32,413 bases of DNA from Chitinophaga pinensis (GTDB lineage Bacteria; Bacteroidota; Bacteroidia; Chitinophagales; Chitinophagaceae): the NCBI GenBank assembly GCA_945872805.1, contig CAMCBE010000001.1, forward strand, positions 1 through 32,413, in the 5' to 3' direction. Made by a program: the position numbers and the translations under genes. This document shows, piece after piece, positions 1 through 10,109 of the stretch (position 1 is its first letter; each line of letters begins with the position of its first letter). The notes under the pieces are model-generated. The model saw only the letters and a list, made by a program, of their open reading frames with translations, made no database searches and was not told where the DNA came from.

Positions 1-872
1 CCAAGCTGAAAGAAATCAGAAAAAAGATCTTGGATATGCTTATTCGGCTTCATACCTGAAATCATCATATTGCGGTGAGCACCCTCTTCAATCCACCACC
101 CTAAAATGGCTACTTGATGTTCAGTTAATGGCTTTTTACCATCGGCAGGCATAAATTCTTTATGGTTTATTGGCAAGGTTATGCGCCTAAAGATTTCACT
201 TGTAGCTGTATTTCCAGCCATAACGCCCTCTCTTGTTTTCCCCCCTGCTAAAATTTCCTCATACGAAGTAAGCAACAAACCCCCTTTTTTCTTTTGAGCA
301 TTATGACAGCTTGCACACTTAGATTGAAGTATCGGCATAACTGCATCGTTAAAAATATCCGCAGAATCCAAGCTAGAAATCCGTGCTGTAGGATCCTGAT
401 TTTTAGAACTATCTGTTCCTGAGAATGGGGAGAATTCTAGTAAAAAATTACTGCCATGGGTTAAGGTACCTCCCCAATGACCAGTTAATAGAAGCAATAC
501 CATAATGCTTGAAGCCAACGCTTTTCGGGTACCATCTCGATAAGAGGCTAGCCATGGCAAGCGATAAAATGATACTATAAAACAACAAAGAGAAAGAATC
601 GAAAGCGAGATACCACCAATCTTATGTAAGGATAAGATCTCCTCACTGTAGCCTCCACCAAGTGATAATATATAACCAGAAAGGGCAGATAAGATGGAAC
701 TCAATGCTGCCAAACCCCAAACAATAGGTAATACAGCATGCAGTGATGCATTTGGCTTCCACCTCAAATAGAGCTCAAAGAATAATGCAAATACCAATAT
801 ACCAATTGGCAGGTGCACAAACAATGGATGAAATCTTCCGAAAAACATATATAAGTCAGGAACTTGAAGCAT
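1..872 (-). CDS. Membrane-anchored c-type cytochrome domain protein (DUF2231-like N-terminal helices plus planctomycete cytochrome c domain); 3' end runs off the window
   Basis: Not in the ORF track; translated by hand from ATG at 872: MLQVPDLYMFFGRFHPLFVHLPIG..., about four hydrophobic helices, GHWGGTLTHG, then IFNDAVMPILQSKCASCH (CxxCH) ... KGGLLL ... EFMP ... WWIEEGA. Open to position 1. Confidence 0.85.
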   Translation of the reverse strand, partial: MLQVPDLYMFFGRFHPLFVHLPIGILVFALFFELYLRWKPNASLHAVLPIVWGLAALSSILSALSGYILSLGGGYSEEILSLHKIGGISLSILSLCCFIVSFYRLPWLASYRDGTRKALASSIMVLLLLTGHWGGTLTHGSNFLLEFSPFSGTDSSKNQDPTARISSLDSADIFNDAVMPILQSKCASCHNAQKKKGGLLLTSYEEILAGGKTREGVMAGNTATSEIFRRITLPINHKEFMPADGKKPLTEHQVAILGWWIEEGAHRNMMISGMKPNKHIQDLFSDFFQL

Positions 873-905
873 ACTATTGAATCATAAGAGTAATCAAGAA
901 CAAAA

Positions 906-1844
906 TTATTTTAATGGAGAACCTACCAATGGCTTGCCATTAGTCGTTAAAACTTGAAACTCATGAACACGATACCCGCTATAACTCCATACCATTTTTT
1001 TATCATAATCCAGTTCAAATAATTTAACACCCTCGCTTGCACCATAACTAGCAATAACAGTATTCCCATTGGTTAATCGTTGAGCACCACACGGATCACT
1101 GAATGGCTTTTCAGAAAAATCATCATTGGATATTTTCCAAACTACTTTTCCTGCAGCATCAAATTCAACTACCTTATTGCCATGGGTAAGTGTAACCAAT
1201 GTATTGTTATTCTTCAGACGAATGGCTGTAAATGGCCAATTCTCTGCAGCTCGTCCACCCAACTCAGGAAGATCAGATTTAAAAACATTCACCACTTCGC
1301 CACTCGGAGTATATTCCTTAACGCTAAATGCTAATAAATGTGGAACAAGGTAATTACCATTTGGCAACTTACGAGCCATCCTGGTTTGCATATGGGTATT
1401 GTCTGTCTCAGGCACTAACGGGACAGAGACTTTTTTAACGCCCTGTTGATCTACTTCAATGAGCTTGGGTTCTTTTCCTGATTCAGTAATTAACGTATAG
1501 CCATTCGCTAAACGTACTGCTGTTCCCAACTCATTTTCAGGAGAAGATTTTGAATAGGTAAAAATCACTTCTTTCTTTCCATTATATTCCTTCACTTCAT
1601 CACCCCAACATATTAATATATTGCCATTAGGAAGCACATACCCATCACGTGCCCCAGGTTTTCCTGAATTCCAAATTTCCTCTCCTTGTTCACCGATAAT
1701 TCCCGTAAAATCTGGACCAGCTATGAAAAAAGAATGGCGAATGGATGGCTTAGGATCAGTATGAATAGCAGCAGTCAACCCAACTACTAAAATTAATAAG
1801 GCAATTGGTATTAGATAAATTCTAGATTGTGAAGAGCGCATCAT
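906..1844 (-). CDS. Secreted or membrane-anchored beta-propeller protein (arylsulfotransferase/PQQ-like repeats)
   Basis: Hydrophobic N-terminus; repeated LxNGNxL-type blade motifs (LPNGNILI, LANGYTLI, LPNGNYLV, LKNNNTLV, LTNGNTVI), each followed by a (V/L)xE...G...(V/W) segment. Confidence 0.7.
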   Translation of the reverse strand: MMRSSQSRIYLIPIALLILVVGLTAAIHTDPKPSIRHSFFIAGPDFTGIIGEQGEEIWNSGKPGARDGYVLPNGNILICWGDEVKEYNGKKEVIFTYSKSSPENELGTAVRLANGYTLITESGKEPKLIEVDQQGVKKVSVPLVPETDNTHMQTRMARKLPNGNYLVPHLLAFSVKEYTPSGEVVNVFKSDLPELGGRAAENWPFTAIRLKNNNTLVTLTHGNKVVEFDAAGKVVWKISNDDFSEKPFSDPCGAQRLTNGNTVIASYGASEGVKLFELDYDKKMVWSYSGYRVHEFQVLTTNGKPLVGSPLK

Positions 1845-1864
1845 TGAGTTTTTAAATTAAAATA

Positions 1865-3331
1865 TTATGCAAGAATATCCTTAACTACATTTCCATGTAC
1901 ATCAGTCAACCTAAAATCCCTCCCACCAAAGCGGAAGGTCAACTGCTTATGATCCACCCCCAATAAATGAAGCATGGTAGCATGTAAATCATGAATACTA
2001 ACTGGATTATCAACAACACGGTATCCATAATCATCAGTTGTTCCATAAATAGTTCCACCCTTCACACCACCACCTGCCATCCACATACTGAATGCAGACG
2101 GATTATGATCACGACCATCTTCCCCTTGTGCAAAAGGAGTTCTACCAAATTCACCCGACCATACGACCAAGGTCTCATCCAGTAACCCCCTTAGTTTTAA
2201 GTCTTTCAACAAACCAGCAATCGGTTGATCAACTGCATGAGCATTATTCTCATGTCCAAGTTTTAAATTCACATGTTGATCCCATCGATCTGCACCATTT
2301 CCAACTGAAGGACAAGTCAATTCTATAAATCGCACACCACGTTCAACCAAACGGCGCGCCATCAAACATTGTGCTCCATAACTTCTGGTATGAGGATCCT
2401 GAGAATCCAATCCATATAATTTTTTTGTCGCCTCTGATTCCTCTTTAAAATCGGTCAACTCAGGAATAGAAGATTGCATCTTATACGCCATTTCATAATT
2501 TGAAATAGCAGACTCCACTTCATCTGCAGCACCTAAGGAACTCAATAAGGTTTTATCACGACGCTTTAAAAACGCCAATTTTTCTTCTTGAATACCAGCT
2601 ATAGAATCTACTGGTCTTATATTAGCAATGGGCTCTGCCCCCGTATGTAATATGGAAGATTGAAATGCGGCAGGAAGAAACCCATTTTTAAAATTATCCA
2701 AGCCCCCAGGAGGAATTAACCCCCCATCAAGTAATACGTACCCCGGAAGATTATTGTTTTCACTTCCCAAACCATAATTTACCCAAGCACCCATACTTGG
2801 CCTTCCTTGCAACCCACTACCCGTATGTAAAAAATAATTCGCATTGGTATGCTCTGGAAAATTTGAAACCATTGATCGAATGAGCGCCATATCATCAACA
2901 CAAGTAGCAATATGAGGAAACAATTCACTCACATCCATACCACATTCACCATGTTTCGAAAACGACCAAGGACTCTTTAATATCTTACCTACATTATTGA
3001 ATTGAGTGGCATCTACTTTAAATAAGGTACTTGGATCTAAACCATTTTCTTTTGCTAGTCGTGGTTTAGGATCAAAGGAATCCACTTGGGATACACCACC
3101 ATCCATATATAAGAAAATAATATTCTTTGCCTTTGGTATAAATCCAGGAGCTGTTGAACCACGAGTTAGGTGACTCATTAATTCATCTTTACCACGTGTT
3201 GCACTAGAACAAGATGGAAGCAAACTTCCGAACAAACTGACCATAGCAACAGAACCAAATCCACACTTGCATATATCAAGCATCTCTCTTCGAGATACCG
3301 GTCGCTGAATTGGATGTTTATGGTATGTCAT
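1865..3331 (-). CDS. DUF1501 domain protein (sulfatase/alkaline phosphatase-like fold), Tat-exported
   Basis: SRREML twin-arginine motif; GGVSQVDSFDPKP, WDQH, GEFGRTP, GRDH, HDLHATMLHLLG and GRDFRLTDVHG motifs typical of DUF1501. Confidence 0.9.
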   Translation of the reverse strand: MTYHKHPIQRPVSRREMLDICKCGFGSVAMVSLFGSLLPSCSSATRGKDELMSHLTRGSTAPGFIPKAKNIIFLYMDGGVSQVDSFDPKPRLAKENGLDPSTLFKVDATQFNNVGKILKSPWSFSKHGECGMDVSELFPHIATCVDDMALIRSMVSNFPEHTNANYFLHTGSGLQGRPSMGAWVNYGLGSENNNLPGYVLLDGGLIPPGGLDNFKNGFLPAAFQSSILHTGAEPIANIRPVDSIAGIQEEKLAFLKRRDKTLLSSLGAADEVESAISNYEMAYKMQSSIPELTDFKEESEATKKLYGLDSQDPHTRSYGAQCLMARRLVERGVRFIELTCPSVGNGADRWDQHVNLKLGHENNAHAVDQPIAGLLKDLKLRGLLDETLVVWSGEFGRTPFAQGEDGRDHNPSAFSMWMAGGGVKGGTIYGTTDDYGYRVVDNPVSIHDLHATMLHLLGVDHKQLTFRFGGRDFRLTDVHGNVVKDILA

Positions 3332-3332
3332 G

Positions 3333-6300
3333 TCAATTTAAATAAATGAACTCTTTCAAATTAAATATAGAATGAATATAATCCTTCCAAACTAACATTT
3401 CGAGATTGCCCTTAATACGTTGTGTAACATAGGTGTCTTTTAATCGTTTCATGTATTCTTGTGCATCTGCAATCTCGTCCTCCGAAGCATTTCGTGCAAG
3501 ACTTCGTTGGTATACCCAATTAACTCTATCACTAAATTGATTTTGTTTTGCTGATAGTAAATTTTTTGCCATTACAGTAGCCTCTTGAATCACAAAAGGA
3601 TCATTAAGCAAAATCAATGACTGTGCAGGAACGTTTGTTACCGTTCTCCTCCCAAAAGCTGTAGCAGGATTTGGTCGATCGAACGTAGACATCACTGGAT
3701 CGAGAAAATTTCTTCTTACCTCGATATAAATACTTCTTCGTTTATCGCCATCTATGGGACCAGAAGTATCTGGCTTACCTCGACCATTCATAAAAGATGT
3801 AATATGAACGAGTACAGGCTTACCATACATGGATTGCTTTAACTCACCTGATGCTGCCAACATCGCATCACGAATAGCTTCTGCCTCAAGTCGACGCACA
3901 GGATAATGGGCTAGAAAAATATTTGAAGGGTCCGATTCCTTATCGTTATCATTTGTAACCGCTGATCGCTTAAATGCATCTGAAAGCATTATATCCCGAA
4001 TCGTTTTTTTGATTGAGTAATGATCCCGTTGAAATTTAATGGCTAAATAATCCAACAGTTCAGGATGTGATGGCAACTTGCCTTGCATACCAAAATTATC
4101 AACCGTCTCAACTATTCCTCTTCCAAATAAATGATGCCAAATACGATTGACCATTACCCTTGAAGTAAGCGTATTGTTTGGATCAGTAATAGCATTCGCC
4201 AACTGTAAACGCCCACTTCCCTCAACATTAAAGTCAGGTTTAGATACCTTCACAGCATGTATAAATGCCCTATTTACAGGTGTTGGAGATAACTGCATAT
4301 GACTTCCTCGAATGAAAACAGGACTATTTTTGCCATAACCATCTACAACACCATCAAAAAATTCTATTGAATCTGCAAATGATTGTTGCAACTTTTTTCT
4401 GATTTGAAATTTGCTATTCAAGTTAGAAAATTGACGTTCTAATTTATTGGATTGAATTAGTGTATTGATAAAGTGAACGTCAGATACTGTAGCATTTTTA
4501 TCAGTCAACGCATGCAATGATTGATCCAAATTAGAAGGCTGTTGAGGTATCTTTTTTAAAGATGTCGATTCACTATTGTAGGCTATTGCATACTGAGCTT
4601 CAACATAACTGCCCTTCTTCATTTTAAAAACATGATTTTCAAAAACCCCTGTTAAAATTTCTATATACGCTTTATGTCCTTTCCACATGGTAACATCAAA
4701 CACATATTTTTTAAATATCTCTGAATCAATATGCTGATCCATATTACCATAAATAGGATAAGAAATTAATTGAAAATTATCTATGACAATTCTAATGGAA
4801 GCATTCATGCCAGCTGCCATCACAGCAATAAAGTTTTTATCAATCTTAAAATCTGGAGAACGGAGTGCACCAAAAATTCCTGTGGCTAGTTTTCTACTAG
4901 ACGCTTTCCCACCTTGTAAAGCCATCAGTTTACCTTGCTCATTAAATACGGGGTCTCCAAGTGTTGTAGCATCGCCAAATGCCACCCCATCTGATTTCCA
5001 TCCACTCAGGTCTGCATTGGTAAAATCTCCCAACACCATAACACTCGTATCCATTTTAGCAGGAGCAGTTGAAATTGATTTAGCAATAGAAACTGGTTTA
5101 GTGGCTGAAGAAACTACATCGCGTTTTTTAAACCACGTTGTAATAATATGTTCACGAATTGAATCATTCAATGCATTCAATTGTATAGCTTTCGGAATCG
5201 TTGCATTATTAGTTGCTTGGATAGGAGAGAAGCGAGTGCCTTCCATGATTCCATAGAAAGAATAATAATCCTTTGCACTAATTGGATCAAATTTATGATC
5301 ATGGCAACGCGCACAAGAAACCGTTAGGGCTTGAAACGTTTTTGCCGTTACATCAATCATATTATCGATCCGATCTGCTTCGTCTTTACGAACATCAACC
5401 GGACTATGCGTGCCCTCTGCCATAGTATAAAAAACTGTTCCAAGGGCAGACTCATTTATTTTTGTTTTTGCATTAACCCTTGGCTTATCCAATAAATCAC
5501 CTGCAAGCTGCTCGCGCACCAATTGATCATAGGGAACATCATCATTGAATGCACGAATTAAATAATCGCGGTATCGCCATGCTCCAGAAATAGTATAATC
5601 AAACTCATGCCCCTTAGTTTCTGCATACCGAACTAAGTCCATCCAATGACGAGCCCACCGCTCACCATATTGTGGTGATTGTAAATATTCGTCTACGATC
5701 TTGGTATAAGACTCTTTTGAATCATCTGCGATATATTTTTGAATTGCCTCTGGAGTAGGAGGGAGCCCCGTCAATAAATAAGAAACCCGTCTAATCAATG
5801 CATTTTTATCTGCTTGTCCCTGAGGATCAATATCGTTTTCCTTCAGTTTCTTTTCGATGAAGTAATCAATCGGATTTCCTGAATACTTTTTTACCTCTTC
5901 AGTTTCGTGTGGTGCAATAAATGCCCAATAAGGCTTCCATTCTGCACCCTGTTCAATCCATTTTTTCAATAAGGCAATTTCCCTTTCTGTTAGCTTCAAT
6001 TTAGATTCAGGCGTAGGCATCAAAACCTCTGGATCCTTATGATTGATGCGGTACAAAAGCAGACTTTTTTCTGAATGAATAGGATCAATAGCCTTTTCTC
6101 CATTTTTGGTTAACGCTGTTGCGCCTTCGTAGGTATCAAGACGAAGATTGCCCTTTCGGCTACTCGGATCTGGTCCATGACACAAATAACATTTTTGAAC
6201 CAAAATTGGCCGAATATCATAATTGAAATCTACCTTGTCAGCAATGGCTGGTGAATAGGATTGTTTACATCCAATGAAACCATAGACAAAAAACAACACC

Positions 6301-6350
6301 GCCCCTAGGGTAAAAAGTATATGCTTACTATTTTTGAAAGGTAGAGACAT
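3333..6350 (-). CDS. PSD1 and planctomycete cytochrome c domain protein (PSCyt1 + DUF1549 + DUF1553), probable lipoprotein
   Basis: Lipobox FIGC; VDFNYDIRPIL...CYLCHGPD; GERWARHWMDLVRYAET; CARCHDHKFDPI; SGRLQLA...RVMVNRIWHHLFGRG...HPELLDYLA. Confidence 0.92.
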   Translation of the reverse strand: MSLPFKNSKHILFTLGAVLFFVYGFIGCKQSYSPAIADKVDFNYDIRPILVQKCYLCHGPDPSSRKGNLRLDTYEGATALTKNGEKAIDPIHSEKSLLLYRINHKDPEVLMPTPESKLKLTEREIALLKKWIEQGAEWKPYWAFIAPHETEEVKKYSGNPIDYFIEKKLKENDIDPQGQADKNALIRRVSYLLTGLPPTPEAIQKYIADDSKESYTKIVDEYLQSPQYGERWARHWMDLVRYAETKGHEFDYTISGAWRYRDYLIRAFNDDVPYDQLVREQLAGDLLDKPRVNAKTKINESALGTVFYTMAEGTHSPVDVRKDEADRIDNMIDVTAKTFQALTVSCARCHDHKFDPISAKDYYSFYGIMEGTRFSPIQATNNATIPKAIQLNALNDSIREHIITTWFKKRDVVSSATKPVSIAKSISTAPAKMDTSVMVLGDFTNADLSGWKSDGVAFGDATTLGDPVFNEQGKLMALQGGKASSRKLATGIFGALRSPDFKIDKNFIAVMAAGMNASIRIVIDNFQLISYPIYGNMDQHIDSEIFKKYVFDVTMWKGHKAYIEILTGVFENHVFKMKKGSYVEAQYAIAYNSESTSLKKIPQQPSNLDQSLHALTDKNATVSDVHFINTLIQSNKLERQFSNLNSKFQIRKKLQQSFADSIEFFDGVVDGYGKNSPVFIRGSHMQLSPTPVNRAFIHAVKVSKPDFNVEGSGRLQLANAITDPNNTLTSRVMVNRIWHHLFGRGIVETVDNFGMQGKLPSHPELLDYLAIKFQRDHYSIKKTIRDIMLSDAFKRSAVTNDNDKESDPSNIFLAHYPVRRLEAEAIRDAMLAASGELKQSMYGKPVLVHITSFMNGRGKPDTSGPIDGDKRRSIYIEVRRNFLDPVMSTFDRPNPATAFGRRTVTNVPAQSLILLNDPFVIQEATVMAKNLLSAKQNQFSDRVNWVYQRSLARNASEDEIADAQEYMKRLKDTYVTQRIKGNLEMLVWKDYIHSIFNLKEFIYLN

Positions 6351-6470
6351 AATTAAGCTGATAATTCATTTAAATTAGTGAAATTTTCTTACTTATATAT
6401 AGACAAACGTAAAAAGTAAAACAAACTAAATTTACCTTCAATAGCATCCTAAAAATTTCAAACTTATCTC

Positions 6471-7478
6471 ATGGTTAAAATCGGTATTCTCGGATTAGGT
6501 AGGATCGGGAAAATTCATCTCGAAAACCTTTGTACACGAATCCAAGGGGTTGAGGTAATCGCAGCGATGAACCCATCTGAAGAAGGAAAAAAATTTGCTG
6601 AAAAATTCAATGTCCCATTGATTACGTCAAATGCAGACGAAGTAATTAACCATCCAAGCATTGATGCTATACTGATTTGCACTTCTACCAACGTGCATGC
6701 AGATTATGTCATTCAATGTGCTAAAGCAGGTAAAGCGATTTTTTGTGAAAAACCACTCGACCTCTCTTTACAGAAAGTGCGTGAGACATTATCCATCGTA
6801 AAGCAAGCAGGCGTTCCATTGATGCTTGCCTTCAATCAACGCATGGACCCTAACTTCCAAGAACTTAAACAAACAATTGTTGAAGGAAAACTGGGGAAAC
6901 TTCGATCCATACACTTTATTAGCAGAGACCCCGCACCACCACCAATTCCGTATATTAAAGCTTCAGGGGGATTGTTCATGGACATGACCATACACAATTT
7001 TGATATGGCAGGCTATTTAGTAGATGAAGAAGTGGAAGAAGTATTTGCAAGAGGATTCAATTTAATAGACCCTGAAATTGGCAAGGCTGGTGATATTGAT
7101 ACAGGATATGTAATGATAACGTTTAAAAATAAGGTTACCGTCATTATCGAAAGTAGTCGAAACGCTTGTTATGGGTACGACCAACGAATTGAAGTATTTG
7201 GTTCTGAAGGAATGATGAAAGCAGAGAACCCGCTCAAAACAACGAATCAATTTATCGGCAAACAAGGAGTACACTTATCACGTAACCTTGATTTTTTCAT
7301 TGATAGGTATGAGAAATCCTATCTTTTGGAAATGACCGCATTCATTGAAGCGTTAGAGCAAAATAAGCCAATGCCCATTACTGGCGAAGATGGACTAAAA
7401 TCAATGCTATTAGCCTTGGCGGCAAAAAAATCAATGCTTGAAAATAGAATTGTAAAACTGAGCGAAGTGGATCTATAA
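6471..7478 (+). CDS. iolG: Inositol 2-dehydrogenase (Gfo/Idh/MocA family)
   Basis: GLGRIG NAD-binding motif, CEKP, SRDPAPPP, SGGLFMDMTIH, YGYDQRIEVFGSEG. Confidence 0.85.
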   Translation: MVKIGILGLGRIGKIHLENLCTRIQGVEVIAAMNPSEEGKKFAEKFNVPLITSNADEVINHPSIDAILICTSTNVHADYVIQCAKAGKAIFCEKPLDLSLQKVRETLSIVKQAGVPLMLAFNQRMDPNFQELKQTIVEGKLGKLRSIHFISRDPAPPPIPYIKASGGLFMDMTIHNFDMAGYLVDEEVEEVFARGFNLIDPEIGKAGDIDTGYVMITFKNKVTVIIESSRNACYGYDQRIEVFGSEGMMKAENPLKTTNQFIGKQGVHLSRNLDFFIDRYEKSYLLEMTAFIEALEQNKPMPITGEDGLKSMLLALAAKKSMLENRIVKLSEVDL

Positions 7479-7617
7479 AATCGCTAACCTGTTTTTCAAT
7501 TCCTGAATAGATATCAAAAATTATATAGAGTATGTTATTATAGCGAAATTAAAACATCACTCAATTTGGATATTATCTACCCCTTATCCAAACGATTATT
7601 TCAGATACCCTTAGCAA

Positions 7618-8514
7618 TTAATGAAAAACGCTTTTTTCTCCAGCGCTAATGTCAATTGGAAGGATGTTTTGCTTAGGGGGTATAGGACATGTTGCAAAAG
7701 TGGTAAATGCACAAGGAGGATTGAATGCTTTATTAAAGTCTATGTATGTAATCCCATTTTCATCAGGTTTAGGAACATACATAAATCTACCTGTATCGTA
7801 TGTCTCTAAACCATTTGTATTGTCTCCAAAAATAACAAACAAATCTCCCGTTCCTTCATCTAATGCATCAAGGGTATAAGAGACATTATTAATGCTAAAC
7901 CTAAGTTTGCCTGGAGATTGCTGCTGAGTCGTTTGTCCAAGTACATTCGTAATGGCAATCGTAGAATACAAAGAAGGTTCAAAAACAGCCTTGATATTGC
8001 ATTTCGGATCGATACTATAGCGATTGATATGCGTCAAGGCATTTAAGGCTGGGCTATTTAAATCACGAAAACGAATCCCAATTTTATTTTCCCTTTTTAT
8101 GACATTCCATTTGAATGTATTGTAAGACAACGATGGATTAGTCGCAGAGTCACTATGAAATACGGTTAAGTGTTGAATTTTTTTACCCTTCACCATAACA
8201 TCATTCCCTTCTGCAGTTACCCAATCAACTTTATTTGATGTTACGCTAAATGCGCCCAAATACTTTGGAAAATCTAGATGACTAAATATGATATCATTTG
8301 TAGAATCACTGCCAAAACTATTCTTGCCTTCTTTTAACCAAAATAACCCAGCAAGGTTTACCCATCCATTGGCAGCCTTTAGTGCATCAATCCTTTTGGT
8401 ATCCCACAATACAATTTCCTTTTTGTACGCTCGCTTAGAAACTTGTGCATCTAATTCTTGTTGAGCTAATAGGATAAAACAAAAAAGGATCAGAAGCCTA
8501 AAACCTAATTTCAT
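7618..8514 (-). CDS. DUF1684 domain protein, secreted
   Basis: Signal peptide; GWVNLAGLFWL; F.D.TNG.ETY..GRF; DFNKAFNPPCAFTTFATCPIPPKQN...I.AGEK. ATG at 8514 preferred over the TTG at 8532. Confidence 0.88.
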   Translation of the reverse strand: MKLGFRLLILFCFILLAQQELDAQVSKRAYKKEIVLWDTKRIDALKAANGWVNLAGLFWLKEGKNSFGSDSTNDIIFSHLDFPKYLGAFSVTSNKVDWVTAEGNDVMVKGKKIQHLTVFHSDSATNPSLSYNTFKWNVIKRENKIGIRFRDLNSPALNALTHINRYSIDPKCNIKAVFEPSLYSTIAITNVLGQTTQQQSPGKLRFSINNVSYTLDALDEGTGDLFVIFGDNTNGLETYDTGRFMYVPKPDENGITYIDFNKAFNPPCAFTTFATCPIPPKQNILPIDISAGEKSVFH

Positions 8515-8595
8515 CAATACGTATTTATTCAAAGATACTTAAATATAATAGTATGCAATATTAGTAGACTAAATAATTTATTTTCAATAATCTCC

Positions 8596-9933
8596 TTATT
8601 GAAAGCAAGCGAGTTCTTTGATAAAGACTTTACCATCAGCCTTGGTGACGTCCAATTTTACAGCTTCAAATACACCATCAACTACTTCAATTCGCTTATG
8701 ACCAACACTTGAACCGGTGGATAATAACTTCCATGCCCCATTCTCTTTTCCATAAAGAGTATATTCTCGTATACGCTCTCCTTTTGAAATATCTTCCATC
8801 ATTACTATACGTGATACATGCTGAGGTGTATCAAATATTATATGAACTGATTTTCCTTGATTAATCTTTCTTGCAATTGGATGAGCATATTTAGCTGAAA
8901 TTACTTCTCCGAATTCTTCAAGTCTTTTTATATCTACATCAGGAACCAATCCACGATCATCAACCACAACCCCTAATAGCATGTTCGTATTTCTTCCAAC
9001 ACTTTTACTATGCTTATCAACAAGTTCATCAATGCTTCGCAGTTGATCGTCTTCATCTTTATGCCAAAACCAACCACCTTGAAAAGATGAATTTAATCGT
9101 AATGGGAAATCAGATTCCCCTGGGCACCAAAAAAGGCCATTCGGATTTCCATTTAAGCCTTTGATCTCAACAAGTCCAGATGAGGAAGTGGTAGAATCTG
9201 CGACAGACCAACATGGATAGGGGGCAACACCTTCCTCATTTCCTACCCAACGAATATTATGTTCATGTCCATATGGTCCCTGAAATGCAATGGCCTCAGG
9301 TTGTTTATCCTTTAACATAGACAATACATCAAAGCCACCTTTTTCTGGAGGCAAGACACCTCCATCAAACCATACCTCAAACAACTTCCCGTAATTTGTC
9401 CATAATTCGTTCAACTGTGTACGCACAACCTCATTGTATTTTAGTTGTTCTGTTTCATTCCCAGAAACTACTTTCCCAGGATTATCCACTTTCAAATATC
9501 CATTCGCAGTAGTGCTCGCATATATACCTGGTCTTAACCCATATTTAGTACAGGAAGCAATAAAATCTTTTACGATATCGCCTTGACCATTTCTCCATGG
9601 AGTATTTTTTACACTGTAAGCATGTGCTGAAGTAGGCCAAAGACTAAAACCACTGCAATGTTTAGCAACAAGAATAGCATAGGTAGCCCCAGCTGATTTT
9701 GATGCTTTAATCCATTGATCGGTATTCAGTTCAGTTGGATTGAAAACAGAAAGGGAAGGATGATAACTCCAATCGTTTCTAAAATCATACGACGGTTCAA
9801 AGACAGGCATATCAAAATGAATCAATACACCAATTTCTGCATCAGCCCATTTCAGTTGAGCGTCAGTGGGTAAAACAGATTGGGCATGAACAGTTGAAAT
9901 GAATAAGAATAAAATCAATAAAACATTTTTCAT
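8596..9933 (-). CDS. GH29 alpha-L-fucosidase-like glycoside hydrolase
   Basis: Signal peptide; FNPTELNTDQW, AKHCSGFSLWP, ELWTNYG...WFDGG (nucleophile Asp), RWVGNEEG, GWFWH, SVGRN; C-terminal F5/8-like segment (EDISKGERI...VGHKRI). Confidence 0.88.
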   Translation of the reverse strand: MKNVLLILFLFISTVHAQSVLPTDAQLKWADAEIGVLIHFDMPVFEPSYDFRNDWSYHPSLSVFNPTELNTDQWIKASKSAGATYAILVAKHCSGFSLWPTSAHAYSVKNTPWRNGQGDIVKDFIASCTKYGLRPGIYASTTANGYLKVDNPGKVVSGNETEQLKYNEVVRTQLNELWTNYGKLFEVWFDGGVLPPEKGGFDVLSMLKDKQPEAIAFQGPYGHEHNIRWVGNEEGVAPYPCWSVADSTTSSSGLVEIKGLNGNPNGLFWCPGESDFPLRLNSSFQGGWFWHKDEDDQLRSIDELVDKHSKSVGRNTNMLLGVVVDDRGLVPDVDIKRLEEFGEVISAKYAHPIARKINQGKSVHIIFDTPQHVSRIVMMEDISKGERIREYTLYGKENGAWKLLSTGSSVGHKRIEVVDGVFEAVKLDVTKADGKVFIKELACFQ

Positions 9934-10007
9934 ACCAGTAATTAAAAATATAGATAAAGGTTAACTATGAATTTTATTATTTAGACTCGAAAAGAACCAA
10001 ATTCTGA

Positions 10008-10109
10008 TTATTTACACACAATAACAATCCATTTTTCATCAGGTGAACAAGCCCCGAGTAAAATGAAGAAAAGAAGAATAATATATGCTCTATTCAATAC
10101 CAAAATCAT
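10008..10109 (-). CDS. Possible 33-aa mini-lipoprotein or truncated lipoprotein gene remnant
   Basis: Hand translation MILVLNRAYIILLFFILLGACSPDEKWIVIVCK*, with a hydrophobic core and an LGA|C lipobox. Confidence 0.35.
   Translation of the reverse strand: MILVLNRAYIILLFFILLGACSPDEKWIVIVCK

Noticed and set aside
7565-7592. Inverted repeat TTTGGATA/TATCCAAA between the convergent iolG and DUF1684 genes
   Set aside because: An AT-rich 8-bp stem with a 12-nt loop and no U-tract is too weak to call a terminator.
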